Position numbers and translations under genes: made by a program. DNA of 64,000 bases from a phage: sequence record NC_135731.1. One strand, given 5' to 3'. The notes under the pieces are model-generated. The model was not told the origin of the DNA and made no database searches. It saw nothing but the letters and a program-made list of their open reading frames with translations. This document shows positions 20,611 through 29,911 of this stretch, piece by piece. Position 1 is the stretch's first letter; each line of letters opens with the position of its first letter.

Positions 20611-21495
20611 TTATTTCCCGTTAACTTTGTTGTAGTTTCCCTGCTCAGATGGGACTATGGTAGAAGGTCTTCCATATTCCTGATAATACCAATCCGCAGC
20701 CGATTGGGTAACACCGTTTTCATCTGTCCACATCATAGATTTGTATGGCTGCCACTCCTCTGCAGCGTTTGTGGATGCAGTGTCTGCGAATGCTCCTGTG
20801 TCCCTCTTGTTACCTACGTTACTACCATTCTTACAGTCGTTGACAGCGCCTTTTTGTTGGGTCTTGCCTACTTTCTTAGGATTGCTGTATACAGTTGCAT
20901 TAACAACCTTATTCAAGTAGAATGTGCGGAACTCTGTAAGTTCTACATCAAACACCATTGCAGCGCCTTCACCAACAGACTTGTTGGCAGAAAGACTGGT
21001 TATGATGTAGTTCTCAAGAAGTCTCTCCTCGGTAACCAAAGAAACCAACTGGCGCTTATTAATGATCTCAGTCAAAGCCTCCAGTGCAGCGCCCGGTCGC
21101 ATAGATGCTGCAGGGTTTTTAGAGTCAGTATTCCTGTCAATGTAGTTTTGCTCATAGATTATATGTGGAGATGTATTTACCCTGCCAGTAAAAGAAAATA
21201 CACCATCTTTAATTACAGCGTGGTCTGACAGGGTAGATTTATCTTCCACCGCAAACCCAGTCTTATCAACAGAATGTTTGAAAGAGTAATTCTCAACCTG
21301 ATCGAAGATAATGGCAAGATCGTTAGTAAAGTTTTTACCCTTCATCTCCGTATTGCGACCACCATAGTTAAGACCGCTGACAAACATAGTATACTTTACA
21401 TCGCTTTCAGTTTGCTGCTCTGCCTTTTCAGCCTTTGGAGATTTAACCTCTTGAGGCTTGTACAGGTCTTTTTCATCAACTATATTGCTTGGCAT
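20611..21495 (-). CDS. hypothetical tail protein
   Basis: 294-aa ORF immediately downstream of tape measure gene. Confidence 0.3.
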   Translation of the reverse strand: MPSNIVDEKDLYKPQEVKSPKAEKAEQQTESDVKYTMFVSGLNYGGRNTEMKGKNFTNDLAIIFDQVENYSFKHSVDKTGFAVEDKSTLSDHAVIKDGVFSFTGRVNTSPHIIYEQNYIDRNTDSKNPAASMRPGAALEALTEIINKRQLVSLVTEERLLENYIITSLSANKSVGEGAAMVFDVELTEFRTFYLNKVVNATVYSNPKKVGKTQQKGAVNDCKNGSNVGNKRDTGAFADTASTNAAEEWQPYKSMMWTDENGVTQSAADWYYQEYGRPSTIVPSEQGNYNKVNGK

Positions 21496-21563
21496 AACCT
21501 CTCCAGGACACTCCTATACCATCTAGATATTGTATCATAAAATAGCCGTTTTTACAACACCGA

Positions 21564-21588
21564 TAAAATAAAGGGGGCCGGAGCCCCC
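21564..21588 (-). terminator. intrinsic terminator (minus strand)
   Basis: hairpin GGGGGC-UCCG-GCCCCC followed by UUUAUUUUAU on minus strand, directly after tape measure stop. Confidence 0.6.
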
Positions 21589-21599
21589 TGCACAGTTTA

Positions 21600-23936
21600 T
21601 TACCAAAGGTCGGTAGACATGAAGTTGATATCTTTATTGTTCTCCCACTCAAGTTTTGCATCAAATATTTTGTTAAACTCACCCTCATCTATTGAAATCG
21701 TGATTTTCCCATCACTGATCTCTAAAGGTAGCATTTCCATAGTTCTTAATTGAGAAGCAAAACCAGGGCCACCCGGCAACGGAAGAGTCCCGCCCGGTAA
21801 GGTGTCCAAAGGATTAACAAACCCGTTACCTCCCGATATGATATCTTTGCGAATCATATCGCTGATAGTATCCAGCTGCTGATTTCTTTCACTTAGTGGG
21901 TTGTAACGGTCATTAAATAATTCCCCGGCGCTTAGTATTGTACCGATAATGCCCAGCTTACCGAGCAGACCAACTTTGCCACCAGGTGTCTTGAGGCCAC
22001 CCCCACCTTTTCCTGCCGGAGCTCCACCACCAGATCCTTCTGTAGTAGCGGCACCCGCTGCTCCAGCTGCACCCCTTAGAGAGTTAAGGAATTTAAAGGT
22101 TTTTACAAGCATGGATGCCATGACAAAACCTTTTGTTAGGGCATTGACTACCAGCATGATGGCAGCAGCAAACCCTGCCCATTTAGCATAGCTAAAGGTG
22201 TCATGAAGCTCTTCAGAATATTCCTTCGTCTTAGCTGTTATGAATCCCCATTTAATCCCCCATTCAAGGAAAAACATGCGGATCTTGACTATGGTGTTGT
22301 TTAGTTCACCAACTACCCAGTTAAGGCCTCTCACAAACCCGCTAACAAAATCACCAGAGGCATCCCACACAAATTGCAGAGTCTCACCAGTGCGGATCAG
22401 TGTATAATAGAACTCTGTCAGTTCGTCAGACCAACGGGTGAACAGTTTCTGACGAGTCAGTTCGATGAAGGTTTTCAGTCTGTTTTCTGCCAGCACGTTA
22501 GACTTCTGCATTCTTTCATAACCAGCTGCAGATGCCTCGTTCATGTACTTAGCCACATACTTCATGATCTTGGCTGTTTTAACCTCACCTTTCTTCATCA
22601 TGTCCATGAACTGATCCATGGAGAGTTCAGAAAGACCAAAAGCCTCTTTGGTGGCCTTGATAAAAGGTTCGTATGCACCGGGCAATGCTTCAGCAAGTTG
22701 TTGCTTCAGTTCTTCGGACATTACTTGTCCCTTGCCTAGCATCTGTTGGATAGCCATAATACCACGCTGGTATTTTACCTCATCGGCACCATAAGCAGCA
22801 GCATACTGGGAGTATGCAGAGAACAGCTCATGAACCTCCTGATTTGTCATCTGGTTTTTGGCGTTTACCGACATCTGGGCGTAACCTTGAAGACCAGATT
22901 TGAGATCAAAACCAAGACGCATAGCCTCTTGCTGGACAAACGCAACCTCACTGTTGGCTTTGTTTGGATCTCCAGTAACAGCAGTAAGAGCAGCACTTGC
23001 ACCCTCCATCATGTGACCGGATCTGTTAACAGCAGTAAATCCAGAAAAAGCCGTATACGCAGCTGTTGCATTAATAACAGATCTACGTAAGTCTCTCATG
23101 GCATCGCCTAGTGTAAGCGTTTGGCTGGTGGCGCTTTTAAACCCAGACTGCAGCGCTGACAGGTGGGCGTTAAAGGTTGACTTCTTCATCTCCCCGCGAG
23201 CAAACCTGGACTCTAACTCTGAGTATCCTGGCAAGCTTCCACGGAATCCGGCCCCATACTTGGCAGAAAGTCTTATCGCGGAGTTGTAGAGGTGGGTTCT
23301 CCTTGCCTCACGATCCGACATAAGCTTATTATCCATACCAGCTTTACTGTCTCTTCTTAGCTGTCTATGATAACGATTCATAGCGGCTGTCTGAGCTTTC
23401 ACAAGGTTAGGGTCGGAAGCCACACCACCCATATTAGGGTTACCGGGGATATATTTGAAAGATTTGGCATTAGCCAAAACTCTTGCCTTAGGTGCCTTAT
23501 AACCACCGTAAGACACTGGTGCAGATTTGGCAGCCTTTTTGGCCTCTTTAGCTTGCTGCTGGTAGAACTTACGCATCCTAGCCATTTCTGGATTTTTAGC
23601 GGTAAGATTACCTACAGCTTGTTTACGTCTCGCATTCTCCCTACGTTCTATTGCAGCCCTTACTGCAGCCTCTTTCTTGGCCTGTGCTACGCTCTCTCTG
23701 TGCAGCTTAGCATTTGCCTGAGATTGCTGTCTGGCAACCCGCTGCATTGTCTGCTGGGTTTTAACAGCTACCGCCTGCCATCTACTCATGGGGTTGGCTG
23801 AGTTAAAATCTTCGCCCAGTTTCCTGAACTCCCTCCCAATACTGCGAATTTTCTCTACAGCTTTTTTGTAGGAGGAGTTCTCTATCTCAAAGCCAATCTT
23901 GTTGACTGTTGTGGCAACTATTTTGTTTGTAGCCAT
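21600..23936 (-). CDS. tail tape measure protein
   Basis: 778 aa, follows the G/GT chaperone pair; long helical N-terminal half, Gly-rich segment (GAAGAAGAATTEGSGGGAPAGKGGGG); RBS GAGGAAACC precedes ATG. Confidence 0.7.
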   Translation of the reverse strand: MATNKIVATTVNKIGFEIENSSYKKAVEKIRSIGREFRKLGEDFNSANPMSRWQAVAVKTQQTMQRVARQQSQANAKLHRESVAQAKKEAAVRAAIERRENARRKQAVGNLTAKNPEMARMRKFYQQQAKEAKKAAKSAPVSYGGYKAPKARVLANAKSFKYIPGNPNMGGVASDPNLVKAQTAAMNRYHRQLRRDSKAGMDNKLMSDREARRTHLYNSAIRLSAKYGAGFRGSLPGYSELESRFARGEMKKSTFNAHLSALQSGFKSATSQTLTLGDAMRDLRRSVINATAAYTAFSGFTAVNRSGHMMEGASAALTAVTGDPNKANSEVAFVQQEAMRLGFDLKSGLQGYAQMSVNAKNQMTNQEVHELFSAYSQYAAAYGADEVKYQRGIMAIQQMLGKGQVMSEELKQQLAEALPGAYEPFIKATKEAFGLSELSMDQFMDMMKKGEVKTAKIMKYVAKYMNEASAAGYERMQKSNVLAENRLKTFIELTRQKLFTRWSDELTEFYYTLIRTGETLQFVWDASGDFVSGFVRGLNWVVGELNNTIVKIRMFFLEWGIKWGFITAKTKEYSEELHDTFSYAKWAGFAAAIMLVVNALTKGFVMASMLVKTFKFLNSLRGAAGAAGAATTEGSGGGAPAGKGGGGLKTPGGKVGLLGKLGIIGTILSAGELFNDRYNPLSERNQQLDTISDMIRKDIISGGNGFVNPLDTLPGGTLPLPGGPGFASQLRTMEMLPLEISDGKITISIDEGEFNKIFDAKLEWENNKDINFMSTDLW

Positions 23937-23946
23937 GGTTTCCTCA

Positions 23947-23986
23947 TAATAAAAAGGGCCAGATCCCAGAAAAGGAATCCGGCCCT
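23947..23986 (-). terminator. intrinsic terminator (minus strand)
   Basis: imperfect hairpin that is fully paired on the minus strand only (two G-U wobbles), followed by UUUUUUAUUAU, then RBS and ATG of tape measure gene. Confidence 0.5.
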
Positions 23987-23990
23987 TAGA

Positions 23991-24724
23991 TTATCCTCTC
24001 CTGCGCTTAGCTTTCGCAGCAGCTGCGGCAGCCTTCTGCTCCCGCTCCATTTCCCTGTTTTGGACGGTATCTAGGAATTCTTCGATATCAAGATACTCAC
24101 AGAGCTTCAGGAAATACGCCATATCTGCAAGATTTAGCGATTCAAAATTTTCCCCTTTGAAATTCTTGAGCACCCTGCACCAAAGAAAGTCGAACCAGTT
24201 GAGTGAACTGTTCTTAGCTGCCCACTCGCTGGCCCTCACAACAACCTTGCTTATTCCTGCTCTTCCGGAGTCTGATCCAGGTTGTTCACCTGCTGAATCA
24301 TACCCATCTGCTGTAACATCTCCAGAAGGCTTCCTAAACCGTCTTGTGTGAAAAAACAGCCGTAGTTAACCTCCAGAACCTTACCTGCCAGCTTAATCAT
24401 CTCCAGCAGATGCCCTGCAAACACAACATCTGGGTTAAGCTTATCCACACCATCCACAGTAATATCTTCGAACAAGATTTTAAATAACTCTTCAATGGAG
24501 TTATCATCAAGTTCTTGGAACAGGTAAGCCAGGGCTGTAGGAAGGACCTCTGCCATATTCTGACCACCTGAGAGAATAGATCCACCGATAGCACCTAGCG
24601 GGACAGCCACAATCTTACCGATTTTAGGCATGTTTTTCATTGCTTTCATCGGTCCCCAGTGGGTGATCACAAAGTTGTGCCCTGCTAAATCAATCTCTGT
24701 TGTAGGTCTAAAGTTTATAGCCAT
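23991..24724 (-). CDS. tail assembly chaperone G-T fusion produced by -1 programmed frameshift
   Basis: the -1 frame is open from the slippery heptamer T-TTT-TTC (plus 24350..24356) through the 82-aa ORF ending at 23991; same G/GT arrangement directly upstream of the tape measure gene as in other tailed phages. Confidence 0.55.
24251..24724 (-). CDS. tail assembly chaperone (G-like)
   Basis: 157-aa ORF upstream of tape measure gene, contains the slippery site near its 3' end. Confidence 0.6.
   Translation of the reverse strand: MAINFRPTTEIDLAGHNFVITHWGPMKAMKNMPKIGKIVAVPLGAIGGSILSGGQNMAEVLPTALAYLFQELDDNSIEELFKILFEDITVDGVDKLNPDVVFAGHLLEMIKLAGKVLEVNYGCFFTQDGLGSLLEMLQQMGMIQQVNNLDQTPEEQE
24350..24356 (-). 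other. -1 ribosomal frameshift slippery heptamer U-UUU-UUC
   Basis: canonical X-XXY-YYZ heptamer in the zero frame of the G chaperone (codons TGT TTT TTC = C F F); downstream -1 frame has no stop for about 120 codons. Confidence 0.55.
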
Positions 24725-24767
24725 TTTATAGCATCCTTATTAGTCATGTTGTGCACCATATTTGTGT

Positions 24768-24796
24768 ATTTTACCATGATTATGGTGCATTGTCAA
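24768..24796 (-). promoter_or_regulatory. sigma70-like promoter (minus strand) flanked by inverted repeats
   Basis: minus-strand TTGACA (plus 24791..24796), 17-nt spacer, TAAAAT (plus 24768..24773); inverted repeat GTGCACCATA / TATGGTGCAT brackets the element. Confidence 0.5.
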
Positions 24797-24842
24797 TTTA
24801 ACCTTTCAAGCAATTCAAGAACGTGTGTCAAAACCATAAAAG

Positions 24843-24869
24843 CAAAAAGCCCCACCCGAAGGTGAGGCT
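24843..24869 (-). terminator. intrinsic terminator (minus strand)
   Basis: hairpin GCCUCACC-UUCG-GGUGGGGC followed by UUUUUGCUUUU on minus strand, directly after stop of 24887..25360. Confidence 0.6.
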
Positions 24870-24886
24870 TATGCTAAAGTGTGCCC

Positions 24887-25360
24887 TTAGATAATACCTG
24901 CAAGACCTGCGAGGCCAGTAAGAGCACCAGTGATGTTATCACGGTTGAGCCATGCATCCAGAATACCGATATCCCAGTCAAGTTGGCCCACTTCTGTTCC
25001 GTAAGTCAGGTCAGGCTGTTTCTGGATCCAACCGATTGTGGAAATACCAGGACCCTGGCTACCTTCCAGCAGAACCGGGAAGAATACCAGGCCAGTAATC
25101 GATGCCTGTTTCTGCCAGTCAGAAAGGTAAGCGTTCCATACAGAAGTGTTCTGCAAAGACACAGTCATAACACCGGATTGGTTACGGGACAGAGCCGCAG
25201 ACATTTCACCATCCACACCGACGTGAGGATAAATGTTGTCCTCGTTTCTTGAAACAACAATCTTAGTGTCAGCAGCGAAGCCAGTGACACGCTGCTGCAT
25301 CAGATACAGTTTGACCTTTTTAGGGTCATACGCATAAGGAGTTAAAATTTGAGTTTCCAT
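24887..25360 (-). CDS. putative tail tube protein
   Basis: 157-aa ORF between the 458-aa putative sheath and the chaperone genes, the sheath-tube-chaperone-TMP order of contractile-tail phages; by position only. Confidence 0.45.
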   Translation of the reverse strand: METQILTPYAYDPKKVKLYLMQQRVTGFAADTKIVVSRNEDNIYPHVGVDGEMSAALSRNQSGVMTVSLQNTSVWNAYLSDWQKQASITGLVFFPVLLEGSQGPGISTIGWIQKQPDLTYGTEVGQLDWDIGILDAWLNRDNITGALTGLAGLAGII

Positions 25361-25370
25361 CTAGGCTTCC

Positions 25371-26747
25371 TTATTCAGTCATTGCAACAGCACTGGTGGA
25401 TTTAGAACCAACTTTGTCCAGAAGGACGTTGATCCGGATACGAACGAAGTGCAGGGCGTTATTATACACCAGTTCTACTTTCACACCTTCCAGAACACGA
25501 GCAGCCAACTGATTGGTTGGGATTTCTGCACGTTTAGGAACTGTGATGATCGGGTCGTAGAATACATTATTGTCTTCGTCGAAACCTGTCAGGATCGCAC
25601 CATTCTTAATGCCAGTGTTGATTGGGTTGTTCATCAGGACAGACTTGATAACCGGAAGATCATCATCAGACATCTTCATGCTTAAACCCATATTGGAGCG
25701 ACGATGCATGTACCCAAACATGGATTCTTCAGATCTGAACTTGATCCAGTGTGCAAAACGAATAGCGTCTGCATACTGACCTGAAGCACACTTGCCTTCC
25801 CAGAAAGCACCAACACCGTTAATCATTCTGTAGAAGTTAACGTGGTTTTCCCAAATCGCCATACGCTGAGTTAAAGTCAGAGATGGTGCAATCACACCCG
25901 GCATCTGTTTTAAGTGCAAGCTGTCACCGTAAGACGGATCGTTGGATGCCATAGCGCCTACGATACCACCCTCTGGAAAATCTTTATCAGCACGAGGATC
26001 GTACATGCCAACACTGTCATACTGTGCAGCCATCAGTTTGGTGGCGATGTTATTATCTTTACCAGTCACATCTTCTGCAGTAGAGTAGACATGCAGCTTG
26101 TAGTTAGCCTGAGCCCACTTAGCACATGCTTCAATGTCGGTGTGGTCTTCATGGCACAGGAAGTACCAATTGTCACGCTCAGCATTGATCTTATCAACTA
26201 CTGTAGAAGGTTTTTCAGCATTGGCGATATTTTTGATTGTATAGTTACCAGTATGGTAACCAACAGTGCAGTCACCAGTGATGGTGAGAACACCTTCAGC
26301 AGCCTCTACAGTGATATCGTTCAAGCTATCATCTGCTTCAATTTTAGTCTTCATTGACTCTGCAATCTGAGTTGCACCTGTTCCACCAGAGATAGGCACT
26401 ATCAAAGAAGTATTGTAGCTACCTTTTGCAATAGTCATTACGACATCGGTATCAGCTGCGGCAGCAATACCTTTAAAATCTACAGTGGTCTTTTCTTTGG
26501 CCTGTCTGCCGATCATAACGTATTGTGGAGGGAATACACCACCAAAAGCTTTTGCTGCAAACTCATACGCTGCAGAGCCTTGTGCGAAACCATCTTCCAC
26601 CATCTGATCCAGCTCAGCATACACGCGAGCTCGCTCAGTAAAGTTGTTGTGGATAGCGATGAACAGCGGAGTTTCGAAACCTACAGTGTCAATAGGCTGG
26701 GTTCCGAGGTTAACTGTAACATCTACCACTTTATCTAAATATGGCAT
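25371..26747 (-). CDS. putative tail sheath protein (alternatively a large major tail protein)
   Basis: 458-aa ORF immediately upstream of tube/chaperone/TMP genes; size and position fit a sheath; no motif confirmation. Confidence 0.45.
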   Translation of the reverse strand: MPYLDKVVDVTVNLGTQPIDTVGFETPLFIAIHNNFTERARVYAELDQMVEDGFAQGSAAYEFAAKAFGGVFPPQYVMIGRQAKEKTTVDFKGIAAAADTDVVMTIAKGSYNTSLIVPISGGTGATQIAESMKTKIEADDSLNDITVEAAEGVLTITGDCTVGYHTGNYTIKNIANAEKPSTVVDKINAERDNWYFLCHEDHTDIEACAKWAQANYKLHVYSTAEDVTGKDNNIATKLMAAQYDSVGMYDPRADKDFPEGGIVGAMASNDPSYGDSLHLKQMPGVIAPSLTLTQRMAIWENHVNFYRMINGVGAFWEGKCASGQYADAIRFAHWIKFRSEESMFGYMHRRSNMGLSMKMSDDDLPVIKSVLMNNPINTGIKNGAILTGFDEDNNVFYDPIITVPKRAEIPTNQLAARVLEGVKVELVYNNALHFVRIRINVLLDKVGSKSTSAVAMTE

Positions 26748-26819
26748 TTGTTTCCTCTTAATATCTGTGCACGGATATCAAACACGCAGTGTAATCATTA
26801 CACTACACAATTATAACGA

Positions 26820-27371
26820 TTACTGACCACTGTCTGTAACCGCTTTACCAGAATTGGGTGAAGGGAAGTGTGTGGTTATTTCAGCCTTAATTCCCTGAAG
26901 ATCCTCAAAAGCCCCAATGTCTGTTTCAACAAACCTTACGTTAAATGTCAGCATCACAGTGGCTCTATTTTCATACGTCTGCTTATTCAACGGCACCCTT
27001 TGAGGTGAGATTGTTGAATTGTTAGAGTAGGCAAAGCACGATCCCAGGGGGAAATACTTGTCATAAAACATTGGAAGATTTATTGCTTGCAATACTCTGC
27101 TAAGTGCAGCATGTGCCCTGCCACGATAAGCTGTTAACAGATAGGTAACAGTGTAACTGTGTGTTACGTAAGCATTACCCTCCGCATCTTGAAACTCATT
27201 ATCTTCCCAAGTGGTGGGATTGATCGCCAAGGTTTGTAAAAGTACAAACTCACCTTCCGGCTTTGGTATGGTAGAGCTTTCTGCCAGAACTACAGTTCTT
27301 CCTGTGGCAACCTTGACAAGCTTAGCAATGGTTGTTTCAAGATCAGAAAAAACTTTTTCGAAAGCTTCCAT
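26820..27371 (-). CDS. hypothetical neck / tail-completion protein
   Basis: 183-aa ORF between head and tail modules; stop overlaps next start. Confidence 0.3.
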   Translation of the reverse strand: MEAFEKVFSDLETTIAKLVKVATGRTVVLAESSTIPKPEGEFVLLQTLAINPTTWEDNEFQDAEGNAYVTHSYTVTYLLTAYRGRAHAALSRVLQAINLPMFYDKYFPLGSCFAYSNNSTISPQRVPLNKQTYENRATVMLTFNVRFVETDIGAFEDLQGIKAEITTHFPSPNSGKAVTDSGQ

Positions 27372-27796
27372 TAGTTTTCTCCTTCAGGCTCTTCTACCAC
27401 AAAAAATCTATATCTTCCACCACCAGATGTGACATATGCATCGCATTTTAAAACGGTAAACCATTTCAAGTCACCACGGATGTCAGGCAGCTGAATTTGA
27501 TCAGCCATTGCATATGTTCCTTCATCTGGACTATACAACTTGGTCGAGGAGTAAACTGTAAAAGCCTCGTACTGTCTGTCACCTTCGGGATTTATTTGAG
27601 AGGAGTAATCTTTAGCTGCCCTTCCTGTCAACGGCTGCACAACACACTCTAAGACATCAAACTCTTCATACTCAAGTTCTAACCCCTCGTTAGCAAAAGG
27701 ACCACCAACTGTTTTGTTATACACTCTGTGGCGACCTTTGAATGTTTTACGAGGTATTAGTCTGTTCTTTCCTATCAGCTTATAACCTGCTGCCAC
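27371..27796 (-). CDS. hypothetical neck protein
   Basis: 141-aa ORF in head-tail joining region. Confidence 0.3.
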   Translation of the reverse strand: MAAGYKLIGKNRLIPRKTFKGRHRVYNKTVGGPFANEGLELEYEEFDVLECVVQPLTGRAAKDYSSQINPEGDRQYEAFTVYSSTKLYSPDEGTYAMADQIQLPDIRGDLKWFTVLKCDAYVTSGGGRYRFFVVEEPEGEN

Positions 27797-27811
27797 TCAA
27801 CCCCCCTTATT

Positions 27812-28282
27812 TTACTGTCCGATTTTAAAGGTTGCAGATTCCAGCAGCACATCGTAATGCCGCATAGCCTCGTTGAAGCCCTTCTCTTGTGCCCACTGCT
27901 CGCTAACAGTAGGGTTACTAAACTGACCAGCCTCAATAACAAACTGGATAGCTTTGGCCCCTGTGTCCCCCATCTGCCTAAGAACAGCCTCTGCACTTGA
28001 TCCTCTAGCCATAGCTCTCAACAATTTTTCTGTCAAGGTCTGCAGTTGCGTGCTGTGAAATGCAAAGGCCGTCTCCATGAAATTGCGAACAGGCAGCCCG
28101 TTCCAACCGAAGTTGTGAATAGCTGCCAATGTTGCCATATTTAAGCCTGACGGGTGAGGTTCGTCATAAAAGCCGTAGGTTATTGTTTTACTTTCAAGTC
28201 TCACAAGTTCTTTGTAGAAGCGATCTAAACGCTTTAGGTTGAACCTTGTTTGACATTTAACCTTTAGCATTATATCCCTCAC
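27812..28282 (-). CDS. putative head-tail joining protein
   Basis: 156-aa ORF in the connector region; weak resemblance to HK97 gp10-type proteins. Confidence 0.3.
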   Translation of the reverse strand: MRDIMLKVKCQTRFNLKRLDRFYKELVRLESKTITYGFYDEPHPSGLNMATLAAIHNFGWNGLPVRNFMETAFAFHSTQLQTLTEKLLRAMARGSSAEAVLRQMGDTGAKAIQFVIEAGQFSNPTVSEQWAQEKGFNEAMRHYDVLLESATFKIGQ

Positions 28283-28323
28283 TAATGTATTTTACCACAA
28301 AGATACATCAAAAGCAACAATTT

Positions 28324-29001
28324 TTAAAAACTGCGTTTGCGTCTTGGGTGGCGAGGAGGTTGGTTATTTAGACCACTGATAGGTGTAATCCCCTGGACAT
28401 CGAACGGTCCGTTGCTGTTTTCATTAAATTTAACCCGAATTCCTTCGTCTACACGAACACCACCAATGATAATCATTCTGCTGTAAGCATCTAGCTCAGA
28501 ATCTACATAGTCTGGGTGTGCCAGCAGCCAATCAAGGAAATCTTTCCATTGGGCGTAGGAAGATCCACCACGAATCTCTATGGTCTCATCACCTATTTTT
28601 TCCAGACGGGAAGTTATACTTGCATTACCGCTGGACACTTCCTGCATCATCAGCCACCGCACAAGCTGCACAAGCACATTGTACTTAAGTAGGGGCAGCT
28701 TATCAGGATCTGCCGGATAATTTAGTTTCAACTTCTCCATGTCAAGGAATGTTTTAATTACCCCGTCAGGGAGTGTTTCCTCATCAACATTGCCAAGCAA
28801 TAACCTCATAATATCAATAAGAGGTTGGTCCGGATCAGGTTCCGGAGGTACAGGATCTTCTTTTGGTGGTTCTTCTGGGGTATCAACTACACCATCATGG
28901 TTAGGCGGGGACGGGATAATCTCTTCATCTTCATACCATGCCATTTGAAAATACCTCGTAAAAATAAAGCCCCATTCCTGATTTGGAAGGGGCCTTAACA
29001 A
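28324..29001 (-). CDS. hypothetical head-tail connector protein
   Basis: 225-aa ORF with acidic Pro-rich N-terminal segment; true start may be the internal Met (MAWYEDEE). Confidence 0.3.
   Translation of the reverse strand: MLRPLPNQEWGFIFTRYFQMAWYEDEEIIPSPPNHDGVVDTPEEPPKEDPVPPEPDPDQPLIDIMRLLLGNVDEETLPDGVIKTFLDMEKLKLNYPADPDKLPLLKYNVLVQLVRWLMMQEVSSGNASITSRLEKIGDETIEIRGGSSYAQWKDFLDWLLAHPDYVDSELDAYSRMIIIGGVRVDEGIRVKFNENSNGPFDVQGITPISGLNNQPPRHPRRKRSF
28957..28995 (-). terminator. intrinsic terminator (minus strand)
   Basis: bulged hairpin GCCCCUUCC...GGAAUGGGGC followed by UUUAUUUUUAC on minus strand after stop of 29004..29831. Confidence 0.45.
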
Positions 29002-29003
29002 AA

Positions 29004-29831
29004 TTATGCCAGTGCAGCCTCAAAATCTTTCATCATATTTTGGAAAGTTTTTGCCTTACTTAAGGTAACACCGTACTCTTTAGCGAAGGTTTGGAGTGCA
29101 TCTTTTGAACCACTTTTGTCATCTTCGTTGTTAAGAGCTGCGGCCTGTTTAAGGATTTCATCCTTATTCTCAACAGCTGCAGATGCGAAAGAGGCTACAG
29201 CCACATCTTGTGGATCTGCTACAGGACCTTCACCGTCACCACCAGGTTCAGTAGGACCTACAGGCGGCTCCGGCTCTGGTTCAGGCGGTGGAGCTATCGT
29301 AGAGACCAGCCCAAGATTTACAACCTGAGAACGTTTCTTAGGCCACTCAATGGTGAAAGTTTGGGTATCTTCTTCATAAACAATGTTGCATTGCTCATCG
29401 TTTATGGTCACTTTTTTAGGCATCCCTACAGGGTCCCACAGATGTCCCTCTGCCACGGAAACTTTGAAAGCAGCATCTACCTCTTTAAACACTGACGGAG
29501 TGAGTGTGATATTGACATCCCCGCTTTGCAGTGTTAAAGTGCTTTCATCAAGGTTCTCTGTGAAGAACAGAAGAATAACACCCATACGGATGGTTGAAAT
29601 ACCAGTATCAATTGGCAGGCCTGTGTGTTTTGCAATCTTCTGGAAGAAGTCTACAATCGTTCTACATGGATAGTGAACACTGCCAATAACGAATTCTGTT
29701 GGTGGCAGCAGAGCTGATAAACCAACATTGATTTCTGGATTGTATTGTGCTAAAAATTGATAAAAACTTAATTGATTGTTGAAAACTCTTAATAGAGGAT
29801 CATACTCAACTGGATATACGGCTCTCTTCAC
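29004..29831 (-). CDS. hypothetical virion protein
   Basis: 275-aa ORF downstream of major capsid gene; contains a PEPEPEPP / Gly-Pro-rich linker. Confidence 0.3.
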   Translation of the reverse strand: MKRAVYPVEYDPLLRVFNNQLSFYQFLAQYNPEINVGLSALLPPTEFVIGSVHYPCRTIVDFFQKIAKHTGLPIDTGISTIRMGVILLFFTENLDESTLTLQSGDVNITLTPSVFKEVDAAFKVSVAEGHLWDPVGMPKKVTINDEQCNIVYEEDTQTFTIEWPKKRSQVVNLGLVSTIAPPPEPEPEPPVGPTEPGGDGEGPVADPQDVAVASFASAAVENKDEILKQAAALNNEDDKSGSKDALQTFAKEYGVTLSKAKTFQNMMKDFEAALA

Positions 29832-29852
29832 GGGACACTCCTGTTAAACCCT

Positions 29853-29887
29853 AATAAATAAAAAGGGGAGGGGAGAACCCCCTCCCC
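29853..29887 (-). terminator. intrinsic terminator (minus strand)
   Basis: hairpin GGGGAGGGGG-UUCU-CCCCUCCCC followed by UUUUUAUUUAUU, directly after major capsid gene stop. Confidence 0.6.
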
Positions 29888-29911
29888 ATATGGGATGAAT
29901 CACCTTAGTGA

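Noticed and set aside
21274-21688. ORFs 21274..21540 (+) and 21476..21688 (-) spanning the tape-measure / next-gene junction
   Set aside because: They overlap the terminator hairpin and the ends of confidently called genes; the frame most likely reflects chance openness in AT-rich sequence.
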